Source of the DNA: Candidatus Micrarchaeota archaeon
GTDB lineage: Archaea; Micrarchaeota; Micrarchaeia; Anstonellales; JAGGTN01
Assembly: GCA_021163645.1 (NCBI GenBank)
Contig: JAGGTN010000029.1
Span: forward strand, 1 to 44,135
Reading direction: 5' to 3'
DNA length: 44,135 bases
Shown here: piece by piece, positions 35,226 to 43,876 of the stretch
Layout of the letters: each line of letters starts with the position of its first letter
How positions within the stretch are numbered: position 1 is the first letter of the stretch
Translations under genes and position numbers: made by a program
The notes under the pieces: model-generated
Told to the model about the DNA's origin: nothing
The model's database searches: none
Seen by the model: only the letters and a program-made list of their open reading frames with translations

Positions 35226-38200
35226 TTATTTAAATGATTGTTTTCCTTCATTATATAATCTCTCCATTTCTTCTGAGCCAAGCATTGATGATATGTCCTT
35301 AAATAATTTTTTTTCATTACTCCTTTTTGCTTTGCCCGTGAATAAATCATTTAAATTTTTAGGTTCGCCCTTCTTTTCGATATCAATACGGTTTATTCCT
35401 ATCTTATAGTATTCTTTATTATATTTAAAGAATATTCCGTTTTTGGATACGCATGCAAAACCCTTACTTGAATTTATGTTGCCGAATATTTTTGTATTAG
35501 GGTCATTAATGATGGTTTCAAATGTTTTATCATTAATATGCTCTGCATATATCCGGAAGTTCCTAAGATGATCGTCATCTATACTTAACTGTTTCTGTGC
35601 TTCTGTATTATAACCTGATTTGTATATTATTGCGCGTAATATATTCTTTTCCAGTATTGAATAGTTTCCTGATAATTTAAGTTGTATAGATTCGTCAACG
35701 CCGTTTATTACTGGAATACTATGTACTAAGCCATCTATTAAATCGACCCCCGGCGCTTCCTTAATAATATCATACCTATAAATATTACCTTCCTTTGTCA
35801 ATATACTAATAGTTATCGAGAATATAGCATCGGAATTGGCACCAGATTCTTCCAATTGTTGGTATTTCTTAGATGGATCATGGAATATCTCAGGATAATC
35901 ACTTAATGATTTTCGTAAATAGAAAGCACTTTTATTCCCATCAGTATCTATTATTGTTATCTTATAAACATTGGTCTTAGTGTCCAATTTTGACATTTCA
36001 CCAGATTCGCTTACTTTACTTATTGAGATTTTAGATAGTTTTTTGAAATTTACTGGTAATTTAAACTTATCAATGACAGATGATATTAGAGTGTTAAAAT
36101 TGTTACCCATTTCTGATGGTATGGCAATATCACTAGGGAGGTATGCTGATTCAATCGTTGATACAAAATATGATTCATTAAAAGGTATTAATGTTATCTT
36201 ATCATAATCATTAAAATCAAATCCGTAAGTTATTTCGATTTTTTTACTTTGCAATATCGTATCAATACGGTTAGATATTACTGGGTCCTCTAATAGATTG
36301 TTCATTTTGAGTTTGTAATTGTCAATATCTATCACTCCATCTGTCTTGGAATACCAATATTTACCATTATACGTAATATCTTTTGGTAGCCCCAACAAGT
36401 TTAATGTTTCGATTAGTTCTCTGGGACGTTCTTCTGGTGGGATATGCTTACATGAGAATAGAATTCGTTGAATCATTTTGTTTTTATGGATCAGGTCAGA
36501 GCTTAATTTTCTGTATTGTGGAGACCAATCAATAACTGATACACTGCTTCCCATATTATAATAATTTGTCAAGACAGTAAGTCCATCAGAGATATTCTGT
36601 TTGAGAGATCTATCACTATCCAATCCTGACTTAACAATCATCTTTATGTCACCGGTTATACCATTAACCAATGAATTATTAAGAGCGTTATTGATGCGTA
36701 TGTTAAATTCTCTAACATTTGCGTTAGCGGGTAACAATACGATGAAGTTCTTTTTCTTCGTGCGATATACACCTGCGAATTCGCCAAGTTCATCTTTTGG
36801 CGTTCCCTTTTCTATATTCCTGAATTCATTAAATAATATCCTACCAATATTTCCTATGAACACATCTGTTTGTGCCATGCTGGTGTTATCGTTCATTATC
36901 TTAACAGTACGCCTGCCAGTGAATGGCCCGCCGTTAAGTTGATAATCTACGATTAACATTTTGTATTTGCCTGAATTTATCTCTTGTGTAATCTCATCAC
37001 TGTTCTGGATAAGCCAATCTTCTGATAACACACCTTCGATATCTGCGTTTGATTGTTTGATCCCTGATGATGTTGATGTTTTTTTCATTATTTTTGAATT
37101 TACATCTTCATAGATTTCACTCTTCAATATGTTGCCATTTACTGATGACAGCGTGGTACCATTTGATAGGTCAGTGCTTCGCCTAGCCATTGTTTGCGCC
37201 ATGACATTCCCCTCAATGCGTGAGTATGTTAATTCCAATATCGATAATTCTCTCTTATCTAAGTTAGCTTCAACAATACGGTTCTTTTTAGTCGCTGAAA
37301 CAATATCTTGCGCGCGGTTTCTATCCATTCCATTATTAACCAGTTCAGTAACAAGTAGTTTATCACCATTTTCCACCATACGTATATCTTTATCATATAA
37401 TTTTTCAAACCTGAGTAGTATTTCGGTGTTCCTTTCCATTGTTTCTCCAATATCATTATCTATCTTCATGTTTTCATATACGCTAAATGTAAGTACGCCC
37501 GATCTTTTTTCCGGTGATGGGTAATCTAATTTATTGAATAAGAGACCTTCTCCTTCTATGCTTTTTATATACTCCTTTACTTTCTCATTAGCCGTAACAA
37601 TAGCTTTTTCATATAGTTTAGGATCATATTTACCAAAAACCATGACAAGGAATTCTTCTGTTCCGCCTTCAACTACAACATTACGTCCTAGTTTTTCTTT
37701 TAGAGTATTGTTGTATATCTCCATAACATTGTCCATGACATCTGGTGTGTAGAAATCATTAAGTTTGCCGAAATTAACTCCATCCGTTAATATCACACTC
37801 GCATCAAAATGGTCAAGTTTGATTCCAAACTGTTCCCATTTCATATTGAATTCATGCATGTTGTCTATAAGATCATTAAGCTTCTGGGCAATTGATACCC
37901 TACCAGTTGTTTTGTCATCAAAGTGTATGTATCCTGGCGTCGTGATTGCTTTGAAATAATCATCTATTAATTCGTTCCAATACGCTGGAGGTATGTGATT
38001 TTCCGTAATCATTTCGCCTATGTTATCAATGGCTTGTTTAGGTGGTATTATTATTGCATGCTCAGGTTGATTTTTAAACCATTGTTTTGCTTGGTTAGTA
38101 ATATTGATATTCACATTCGGTTGTGTGCTAAGTAATGGTTTTGTGTCCTTACCCATGGCTTCGCCTATAGTTTTCCCTGCGGGTAATGATTGTTTTAAAT

Positions 38201-40142
38201 TCGGGTTGGATAATTTTAAATCAGGTAATCTTATTGAGCGATAATTGCCAGATATCTTGACCGAATAATCTTTTGGGATAGGAATAAATTTACTGTGTTT
38301 ATCCCCGATTGAGAACCTTATTGTGTCAAATGAAGAGCCGTTTTCAAGTACTACCTTACGTAACTCCACTGTCATTTTCTTGCCTTTATATTTTGGGTTG
38401 GTGATATTGATTCCAAGTTTTGTTCTCTCTCCTGTTTTTATCTTTTTTACCTCTATGTTAACATCTGTTTTATTTGAAGGATTATGAATAAAATTAGCTA
38501 TCCCCAATCCGATAAATATTGATGACATGACGATGTTGGATATATCTTCGGGTGTGAATGTAGTTAATGAGCCATTTGCAAATTCAGTCATAAGATTATA
38601 ACTCATCCCACTGACTAGGACGCCTGCAGAAATGTCTTTTAATCTGCCTAAGGCATTGGCTAAAGCTCCCTGCGCTACAAGTTCTTCTCCTATTCCTGTT
38701 ACCATCATTATTGGGAGCGAAGCATTAGCCACAGCTCCCAACCAGTTTTTCTGTTTAATATTTTCAATGGTTCCTATTACTCCTTCTGCTCCGAAATATG
38801 CTTTTACTACCCCTGATCCTAACCTGTTTAACATTGTAGCTGCTTTAATTGATGAGGCAGAGCCAGAAATAGGTAATGATAGTAAGAATAATATCGTTGG
38901 TCCAGCTGTAAATCCTAACCCTGGAACCTTCTGGCAGTACAATGTGTTTGATATTGCATGAAAATCCAATCGTGTATATTCACTTGATCGTTCGCCGAGT
39001 TTATTTGTTATGTCAGAATAATATAATTTGTTTTGGGTCTTGAATATTGGTTTGTAGTCAAATACATTGAATCGTTTAATTAGTTCTGGGAATGTCTGGG
39101 GTGCTAATGGTGAATGGTAAATATCACCAGGCATTTTGGAATAATTATTGGTTTTATATTTCATTTCTTTATTAAATGTCTTGAAATCGTTTGTTTTTTT
39201 GAGAATGCTGACTGTTTGCTTGAGATTATATAAGACCTGTTGAACTGTTAAGTCTGCTTTATGTATCTTATCATTGATTTTTTTAATAGAATTCTCTGTG
39301 AAAGGTGATTCTGTTTCATCTTTGGATAAAACAACTACATAATCATCAGTCATACTGCCCCATACTTTTCTGAATGGTGAAAATTTCTGTATCTCTCCTG
39401 TTTTTGGGTCTTTGTATGTTTTTGCTTGATAGCTGTTTAATGGTACTATCGTGTAACGCTCATTATTAAGATACTTCTTGTTCAATGTTTCTTCATCTTT
39501 CTCGTTCTCAACATATAATACATTTTCTATTCTATTTATTTTTATATTCTCGGTGACGATTTCCATTCTATTTATTATTTCTGCTGAGGTGTATGCCCAT
39601 GTTTTGCTTAGGACATAGAATGACATGAAGTCAGTTATATTATTTATTTTATCTTTGTTTAATAACTCATTTTCTAATTTTTCTTTGAGTTGTTCTAGTG
39701 TATTCAAGTCCATGTTTGTGAGTATGTTTTTAAATTTATCTAAGTTTTTATCTGCTTCTAAAGTTAAATTCTCTATGTCTATATTTGTCTTAGATACTTC
39801 TTGATTTTGAATTATCGGAACTTCGATTTCCTGTCCATGTGTGCTTGTGATATCTGTATCTGCAGTAACAAAATTTGGTTTGATGAGTATCGGTGTTGAT
39901 AAGGATAATATCTTATTAACCTCTATGTACATATCAGTAGTTTTCATATTGGCCAAATTTTTTATCTGAGACCTGGAACCGTATTTTTTGATGAATGAAG
40001 ATAACTGTTTTCTGATTTCTGGTTCATGTTTCTTCTCAATGGTTATTTTATTTCCTTCTTTTGTCATGTATCTCTGTGCATTGTCTATGAGAAGTAATCC
40101 TTCTATAAAGTTTGCGTCTCTGGTTTTAGTCTTTACTGACAT
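35226..40142 (-). CDS. Giant multidomain protein, 1638 aa
   Basis: Uninterrupted 4.9-kb ORF. Residues ~406-552 are a hydrophobic Gly/Ala-rich block. Residues ~775-895 are GGDEF-like with GGTEEF (nt 37650-37667, verified by hand translation). Residues ~1060-1175 are a second, degenerate GGDEF-like region. Residues ~1390-1600 carry a kinase-like motif series. Confidence 0.85.
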   Translation of the reverse strand: MSVKTKTRDANFIEGLLLIDNAQRYMTKEGNKITIEKKHEPEIRKQLSSFIKKYGSRSQIKNLANMKTTDMYIEVNKILSLSTPILIKPNFVTADTDITSTHGQEIEVPIIQNQEVSKTNIDIENLTLEADKNLDKFKNILTNMDLNTLEQLKEKLENELLNKDKINNITDFMSFYVLSKTWAYTSAEIINRMEIVTENIKINRIENVLYVENEKDEETLNKKYLNNERYTIVPLNSYQAKTYKDPKTGEIQKFSPFRKVWGSMTDDYVVVLSKDETESPFTENSIKKINDKIHKADLTVQQVLYNLKQTVSILKKTNDFKTFNKEMKYKTNNYSKMPGDIYHSPLAPQTFPELIKRFNVFDYKPIFKTQNKLYYSDITNKLGERSSEYTRLDFHAISNTLYCQKVPGLGFTAGPTILFLLSLPISGSASSIKAATMLNRLGSGVVKAYFGAEGVIGTIENIKQKNWLGAVANASLPIMMVTGIGEELVAQGALANALGRLKDISAGVLVSGMSYNLMTEFANGSLTTFTPEDISNIVMSSIFIGLGIANFIHNPSNKTDVNIEVKKIKTGERTKLGINITNPKYKGKKMTVELRKVVLENGSSFDTIRFSIGDKHSKFIPIPKDYSVKISGNYRSIRLPDLKLSNPNLKQSLPAGKTIGEAMGKDTKPLLSTQPNVNINITNQAKQWFKNQPEHAIIIPPKQAIDNIGEMITENHIPPAYWNELIDDYFKAITTPGYIHFDDKTTGRVSIAQKLNDLIDNMHEFNMKWEQFGIKLDHFDASVILTDGVNFGKLNDFYTPDVMDNVMEIYNNTLKEKLGRNVVVEGGTEEFLVMVFGKYDPKLYEKAIVTANEKVKEYIKSIEGEGLLFNKLDYPSPEKRSGVLTFSVYENMKIDNDIGETMERNTEILLRFEKLYDKDIRMVENGDKLLVTELVNNGMDRNRAQDIVSATKKNRIVEANLDKRELSILELTYSRIEGNVMAQTMARRSTDLSNGTTLSSVNGNILKSEIYEDVNSKIMKKTSTSSGIKQSNADIEGVLSEDWLIQNSDEITQEINSGKYKMLIVDYQLNGGPFTGRRTVKIMNDNTSMAQTDVFIGNIGRILFNEFRNIEKGTPKDELGEFAGVYRTKKKNFIVLLPANANVREFNIRINNALNNSLVNGITGDIKMIVKSGLDSDRSLKQNISDGLTVLTNYYNMGSSVSVIDWSPQYRKLSSDLIHKNKMIQRILFSCKHIPPEERPRELIETLNLLGLPKDITYNGKYWYSKTDGVIDIDNYKLKMNNLLEDPVISNRIDTILQSKKIEITYGFDFNDYDKITLIPFNESYFVSTIESAYLPSDIAIPSEMGNNFNTLISSVIDKFKLPVNFKKLSKISISKVSESGEMSKLDTKTNVYKITIIDTDGNKSAFYLRKSLSDYPEIFHDPSKKYQQLEESGANSDAIFSITISILTKEGNIYRYDIIKEAPGVDLIDGLVHSIPVINGVDESIQLKLSGNYSILEKNILRAIIYKSGYNTEAQKQLSIDDDHLRNFRIYAEHINDKTFETIINDPNTKIFGNINSSKGFACVSKNGIFFKYNKEYYKIGINRIDIEKKGEPKNLNDLFTGKAKRSNEKKLFKDISSMLGSEEMERLYNEGKQSFK

Positions 40143-40202
40143 GTTTCAACCCCAAATTTTTATATTATGCGGATTCAAGTTTTTGGATCCGGATAGGTTT
40201 GT

Positions 40203-41072
40203 TTATAATGGAATGTAGATGTCATCAGCATCAGGGTAGAGTTTTTGGTTGCTTATTCTTGTAATGGGTTTTCCTTCTGATGTCATTACTGTTTCTAACG
40301 CATGCTTACTATTTAGCAACCTCTCCATTAATTCTAGGTTTTCTTTCATTCGTTTCCAATCAATGGCTTCTTTTAATGAATTCCATTTCTCTTTTTTATC
40401 ATTCATTATTTTATCCTTAATATCAGTTAGATATTTCAAGGCAATAGCTCTATCAAATCGTCCGAGTATTCTTACCAGATCTAGCCGTAATGGATCATCG
40501 TTAATTATCATATTATAAAATCTACGTGCCAGTCGTTCATCATCAGCGTTTTCATCTACACATTTTTTAAACATGAAAAATCTCAGCACATAACCTACCT
40601 TGATTTTTCTATTATTCATCTGACTGAAAAAATCTAATAATTCTTTCTTGCCCTTGTTTGTTGTTGCACCTCTAACCATTACCATACCTAATATCACAGT
40701 AATCGTATTATAGGTTAGATTCGCTACTTCTATTTTATCGATTTGCTTAGCAGCCAATTCGTCTCCTTTTGTGATATATTCATGCCTAAGCTTATCCTTA
40801 GCAGATGAGATTAACTTCTCCATCTCAATACTATATTTTTCGAGAGCTGCTCGTGCCTCTTTGGTTAAATCTGTGCAATTTATCTTATCCAATTCTTTCA
40901 ATAACCAATTAGTATTTGGAGAAGCATAGAATAATAGACTTGATTTGCCTAATTCCAATATCTTTTTAAGTTCTTTATCTTTTATGGTAGCTATTACTTT
41001 AGAATATATCATAAGCCGGTTTTCTTTTGTATCAATCATATTTATTAATCGTTTCTCTATCTCAGTTAACAT
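40203..41072 (-). CDS. Hypothetical protein (orphan, helix-rich composition)
   Basis: 289-aa ORF ending 60 nt upstream of the giant gene start. No recognised motif. Confidence 0.6.
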   Translation of the reverse strand: MLTEIEKRLINMIDTKENRLMIYSKVIATIKDKELKKILELGKSSLLFYASPNTNWLLKELDKINCTDLTKEARAALEKYSIEMEKLISSAKDKLRHEYITKGDELAAKQIDKIEVANLTYNTITVILGMVMVRGATTNKGKKELLDFFSQMNNRKIKVGYVLRFFMFKKCVDENADDERLARRFYNMIINDDPLRLDLVRILGRFDRAIALKYLTDIKDKIMNDKKEKWNSLKEAIDWKRMKENLELMERLLNSKHALETVMTSEGKPITRISNQKLYPDADDIYIPL

Positions 41073-41148
41073 ACAATCACCTAATATAATTAAATTATGA
41101 TGATTGATTATTTTAAAGTTATTGTTTGCTGATTATAATAAAAGGGTA

Positions 41149-42105
41149 TTATACTTTCACAGCTTCCTTTTCATCTTTCCTGTGAGTAATATAATCAAAA
41201 TATGTTGATGGATAAGTTATATTTGTATATGTCTCAGGTGGGTTTTCTGAAATTGTGTTAAACATCTCTTTTGTATCACCAACGAATAATCCAAACATCT
41301 GATACATGAAACTGGATGATAGAGTGAGTAGGTAATCCTGAACGCGTTGCATTTGTATGTCTTCAGTAAAAGGGCCAAATGTTGCATACAGTAATAAGGG
41401 AGATAAGACATTATCATATTCTTCAAATCCAGGCATATCATATTCGTTTTTTCTATTTATCACCCATCTCCTTGCTTTGTTCATGTTAATGATATACATC
41501 TCATCTGGTTGTGGGATATAAGGGATGTTTGATAAGGCCAAACTGGTTAATGATAAACATGCAAAACTCTCTACAGATGCAGGTTTTACATGTAATATTA
41601 AACCCTTATCTGTAAATATGGTGATATCATCTTTGTGTTTGAACAGTAAAGAAATCATAATATCATTGGCGATGTCCTCGTTCTTTAAATTTATTATTAT
41701 GTTATCAAAATTCTGGCCGTATTCATCATTCTTTAATAATTCTCTCCTTTTTATTTCATATTCAATACCTAATTTTGTTCTGCGTAAAATATTGTATATG
41801 AAAACCTTGCTAAAAGGAAGATGGATATTTATGTTCTTTGACATAATGATCCAGTTGATATAAATATCCTTATCTTCAACATGCATTAATCGTGTATCAT
41901 CTTGGGTAAAAACGTCATTTAAGGCGATAATAATTTTCTTAATATCAGGTCGTCTTCCAGTGAGCTTATTCACTAATTTCAGACTTTTAATGCTCATATC
42001 CTCTATTCTATTCTTTACGCGAATGAAATCCTCTCTTAATCTATAATCTTTGATATCCCTAGGATTCATTATCTCCTTATTATTAATAAGTCCTATTATT
42101 TTCAT
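41149..42105 (-). CDS. Hypothetical protein (orphan), first gene of the cluster
   Basis: ORF with a probable start at the ATG at 42105 (MKIIGLINNKEIM...). The track start at 42261 would extend the protein through the conserved non-coding hairpin element. No recognised motif. Confidence 0.55.
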   Translation of the reverse strand: MKIIGLINNKEIMNPRDIKDYRLREDFIRVKNRIEDMSIKSLKLVNKLTGRRPDIKKIIIALNDVFTQDDTRLMHVEDKDIYINWIIMSKNINIHLPFSKVFIYNILRRTKLGIEYEIKRRELLKNDEYGQNFDNIIINLKNEDIANDIMISLLFKHKDDITIFTDKGLILHVKPASVESFACLSLTSLALSNIPYIPQPDEMYIINMNKARRWVINRKNEYDMPGFEEYDNVLSPLLLYATFGPFTEDIQMQRVQDYLLTLSSSFMYQMFGLFVGDTKEMFNTISENPPETYTNITYPSTYFDYITHRKDEKEAVKV

Positions 42106-42186
42106 GTTATTATTATGGGAGCCATAGTTTATAAAGTTATTGTTTGAGCATAGATGTGTTTGTATTGTGTGTATCCATAAACCGTT

Positions 42187-42238
42187 ATGTATTGATAGTT
42201 GGCAAATCTTCAGTATGCCAAGTTTCAATTTCGATTGC
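42187..42238. other. Candidate structured element, copy 2 core
   Basis: tatgtattgatagttggcaaatcttcagtatgccaagtttcaatttcgattgc is ~80% identical to 18887-18942. It keeps the TTGGCA/TGCCAA hairpin and is flanked by a perfect 9-bp complementary pair, TTTGAGCAT (42143-42151) and ATGCTCAAA (42254-42262). Confidence 0.35.
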
Positions 42239-42541
42239 AAGATTGAGGTATACATGCTCAAAGAGGAGAGGAGTCTTTGTAGATAAATTACTGAGGATAA
42301 GAATAACTGAGGGATAAGAATAAGAATGATAAGGAATAATCAGTAAAAACATTCTTCTCTAATTTCTCTCTTTCGTATTTTTTACTTTGTGTTTTATCTC
42401 ATATAAGAAAAGATAAACACAGATAATTGTCTAATATCCAAATAATCATCCCAAACCAGAAAAATAAGAAGATTTTCGGTTTATTTACAATCACAGAGAA
42501 ATCACAGGATAGTGGTATGAAATAAATAGGTTTTTAAATTT

Positions 42542-43411
42542 GTGATGAGAAAACCTATTATGTCAAATCTTTTGTTTGGATATGAAGGGTATGATTCAAA
42601 GGATGAGCATAATGAGAATGAGTATGATTCAGGTGATTCAAATATTTCAAAAGAGTTTTCTAAAAATGAGTGCTCTGTTGATATGAATCAATCTATAAGA
42701 GAGAAGAAAGCAGAACTGGTTCATGAACTTCGATACGGAGATGGTAAGGAGAGGGTGGATGCAGCATCCCGATTAATTGAGATGTTGGACACTGATGTCA
42801 AGAATGAGACTACCTGGCAGTTAATCAAAGAATTAACCGCTCTGCTTGTAGAAGATTGGGCGATTGATGAGCTTAAGAGGGTTACGAAAAATATTGAGAA
42901 AAATAATAGGCATAAGAAGAATTGGGGTGAGATGCAGGCTTATCTCGTAGGAAAAATGTCTTATGAGATATTTAAGCGATTGGAAAAAGAGCAATCCGAC
43001 AGAGAGATTTTGATTATCGGTGAGTTATTAAAACGTTCTGGTTTACTGCTTATCAAACTTGTGACCAAGCCTGTTAATTGGATTTATGAACAGATATCTT
43101 CGCTTTTTAATAAAAATAAGGAAAATAAACCTGATGCTAAAGAGATCATTAACCAGATAAAAGAGGATCCTAAACAGGCATGGGCTAGAATAATGAAAAT
43201 GAATTTGGATGATACACTTACCTTATTTGAACAGGTGGATAGTATCTTTTCTGAGGAAGGGATTAACATCCCAGAGCCGGTTCAAGATAGAGATGAAGTT
43301 ATAGCAGAGCTCAGCAGTAAGATTAGCGAATTGTGTGCATCAGCACCTCAACACGTGAAAGAAAAAATAGATGTTGCATCATTAACAGAAAAGCTGGATA
43401 CAATAGCATGA
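42542..43411 (+). CDS. Hypothetical protein, divergent from the cluster
   Basis: 289-aa ORF with GTG at 42542 and ATG at 42545. Acidic N-terminus, then a helical body with a possible HEAT-like segment (ELRYGDGKERVDAASRLIEM). An orphan. Confidence 0.55.
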   Translation: MMRKPIMSNLLFGYEGYDSKDEHNENEYDSGDSNISKEFSKNECSVDMNQSIREKKAELVHELRYGDGKERVDAASRLIEMLDTDVKNETTWQLIKELTALLVEDWAIDELKRVTKNIEKNNRHKKNWGEMQAYLVGKMSYEIFKRLEKEQSDREILIIGELLKRSGLLLIKLVTKPVNWIYEQISSLFNKNKENKPDAKEIINQIKEDPKQAWARIMKMNLDDTLTLFEQVDSIFSEEGINIPEPVQDRDEVIAELSSKISELCASAPQHVKEKIDVASLTEKLDTIA

Positions 43412-43650
43412 CTTGATGTATAGATTTATAGGCATGACTCGATATATATAGATTTATAGCAATAGTTTTCATTTATTATAACGTTTCCTTTTATTCTGAC
43501 CGTTAATCTTGATAAGCCTAAGATAATTCGTTTATGTTAAATTCGTTTATCATTTAGTTTATCGTTTATATTTAATTCGTTTATATTTGGGTGAAATATT
43601 GTTAGGTATAAAGTATTAAGAATAAAATTTTAGTATTAAACTTTATACTG

Positions 43651-43710
43651 CCAGTAAAATGCTCATAAAAATTATGCTTATAAAAATTATGCTCATAAAA
43701 ATCCTATTTT
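43651..43710 (-). terminator. Cassette copy 3: T-run half only, with a 15-nt unit triplicated
   Basis: Shares cagtaaaatgctcataaaaat with copies 1 and 2. atgctcataaaaatt, atgcttataaaaatt and atgctcataaaaatc are tandem at 43659-43703. On the minus strand this gives three ATTTTTAT runs starting 5 nt after the Sec61-beta stop. No minus-strand gene follows. Confidence 0.5.
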
Positions 43711-43714
43711 CTTG

Positions 43715-43876
43715 TTATATTAACTTACCGATAATCAGAATAAGTAGAATGAATATGACTGAACCTATCATTACAGATTTAGGACTGACTTTAATACCAC
43801 CGATGTTTGTCTTACCGGCAGACATCATACCAGCAGAGCCCATCGGCATCTGATAACCTACTCTTCTTAATGCCAT
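43715..43876 (-). CDS. secG: Preprotein translocase Sec61-beta subunit (archaeal SecG), 53 aa
   Basis: Hand translation MALRRVGYQMPMGSAGMMSAGKTNIGGIKVSPKSVMIGSVIFILLILIIGKLI*. The SAG-hydrophobic motif, the IKVSP..V segment and the single C-terminal TM helix fit archaeal Sec61-beta. It is below the ORF-track size cutoff. Confidence 0.7.
   Translation of the reverse strand: MALRRVGYQMPMGSAGMMSAGKTNIGGIKVSPKSVMIGSVIFILLILIIGKLI

Noticed and set aside
36601-38961. Several 64-131-aa + strand ORFs inside the giant gene (36601..36942, 37129..37524, 37534..37752, 37765..37959, 38632..38961). The many similar antisense ORFs inside leuS, mutL, gdhA, trxB and the KaiC-like gene were treated the same way.
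   Set aside because: They are antisense to long, motif-bearing ORFs. Their Ser/Leu/Phe/Ile-rich composition is typical of reverse-frame artefacts in AT-rich DNA.
18887-42238. The idea that the two hairpin-element copies are direct repeats bounding a 23-kb mobile island
   Set aside because: The enclosed genes are core housekeeping (trpS, scpAB, udg, rbcL, gdhA, trxAB, mutL) with uniform composition, and no integrase is present.
42106-42261. 52-codon N-terminal extension of ORF 41149..42261
   Set aside because: It overlaps the non-coding hairpin element shared with the metG 3-prime region, and its translation is Cys/His/Asn-rich noise. The ATG at 42105 is a more plausible start.
43406-43710. 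Calling this repeat-rich spacer a replication origin
   Set aside because: There is no adjacent orc1/cdc6 gene and no recognisable origin-recognition-box consensus. It is kept only as an iteron-like observation to test.
43659-43853. 64-aa + ORF beginning MLIKIMLIKIMLIKI
   Set aside because: It is created by the triplicated 15-mer and then runs antisense through the Sec61-beta gene.
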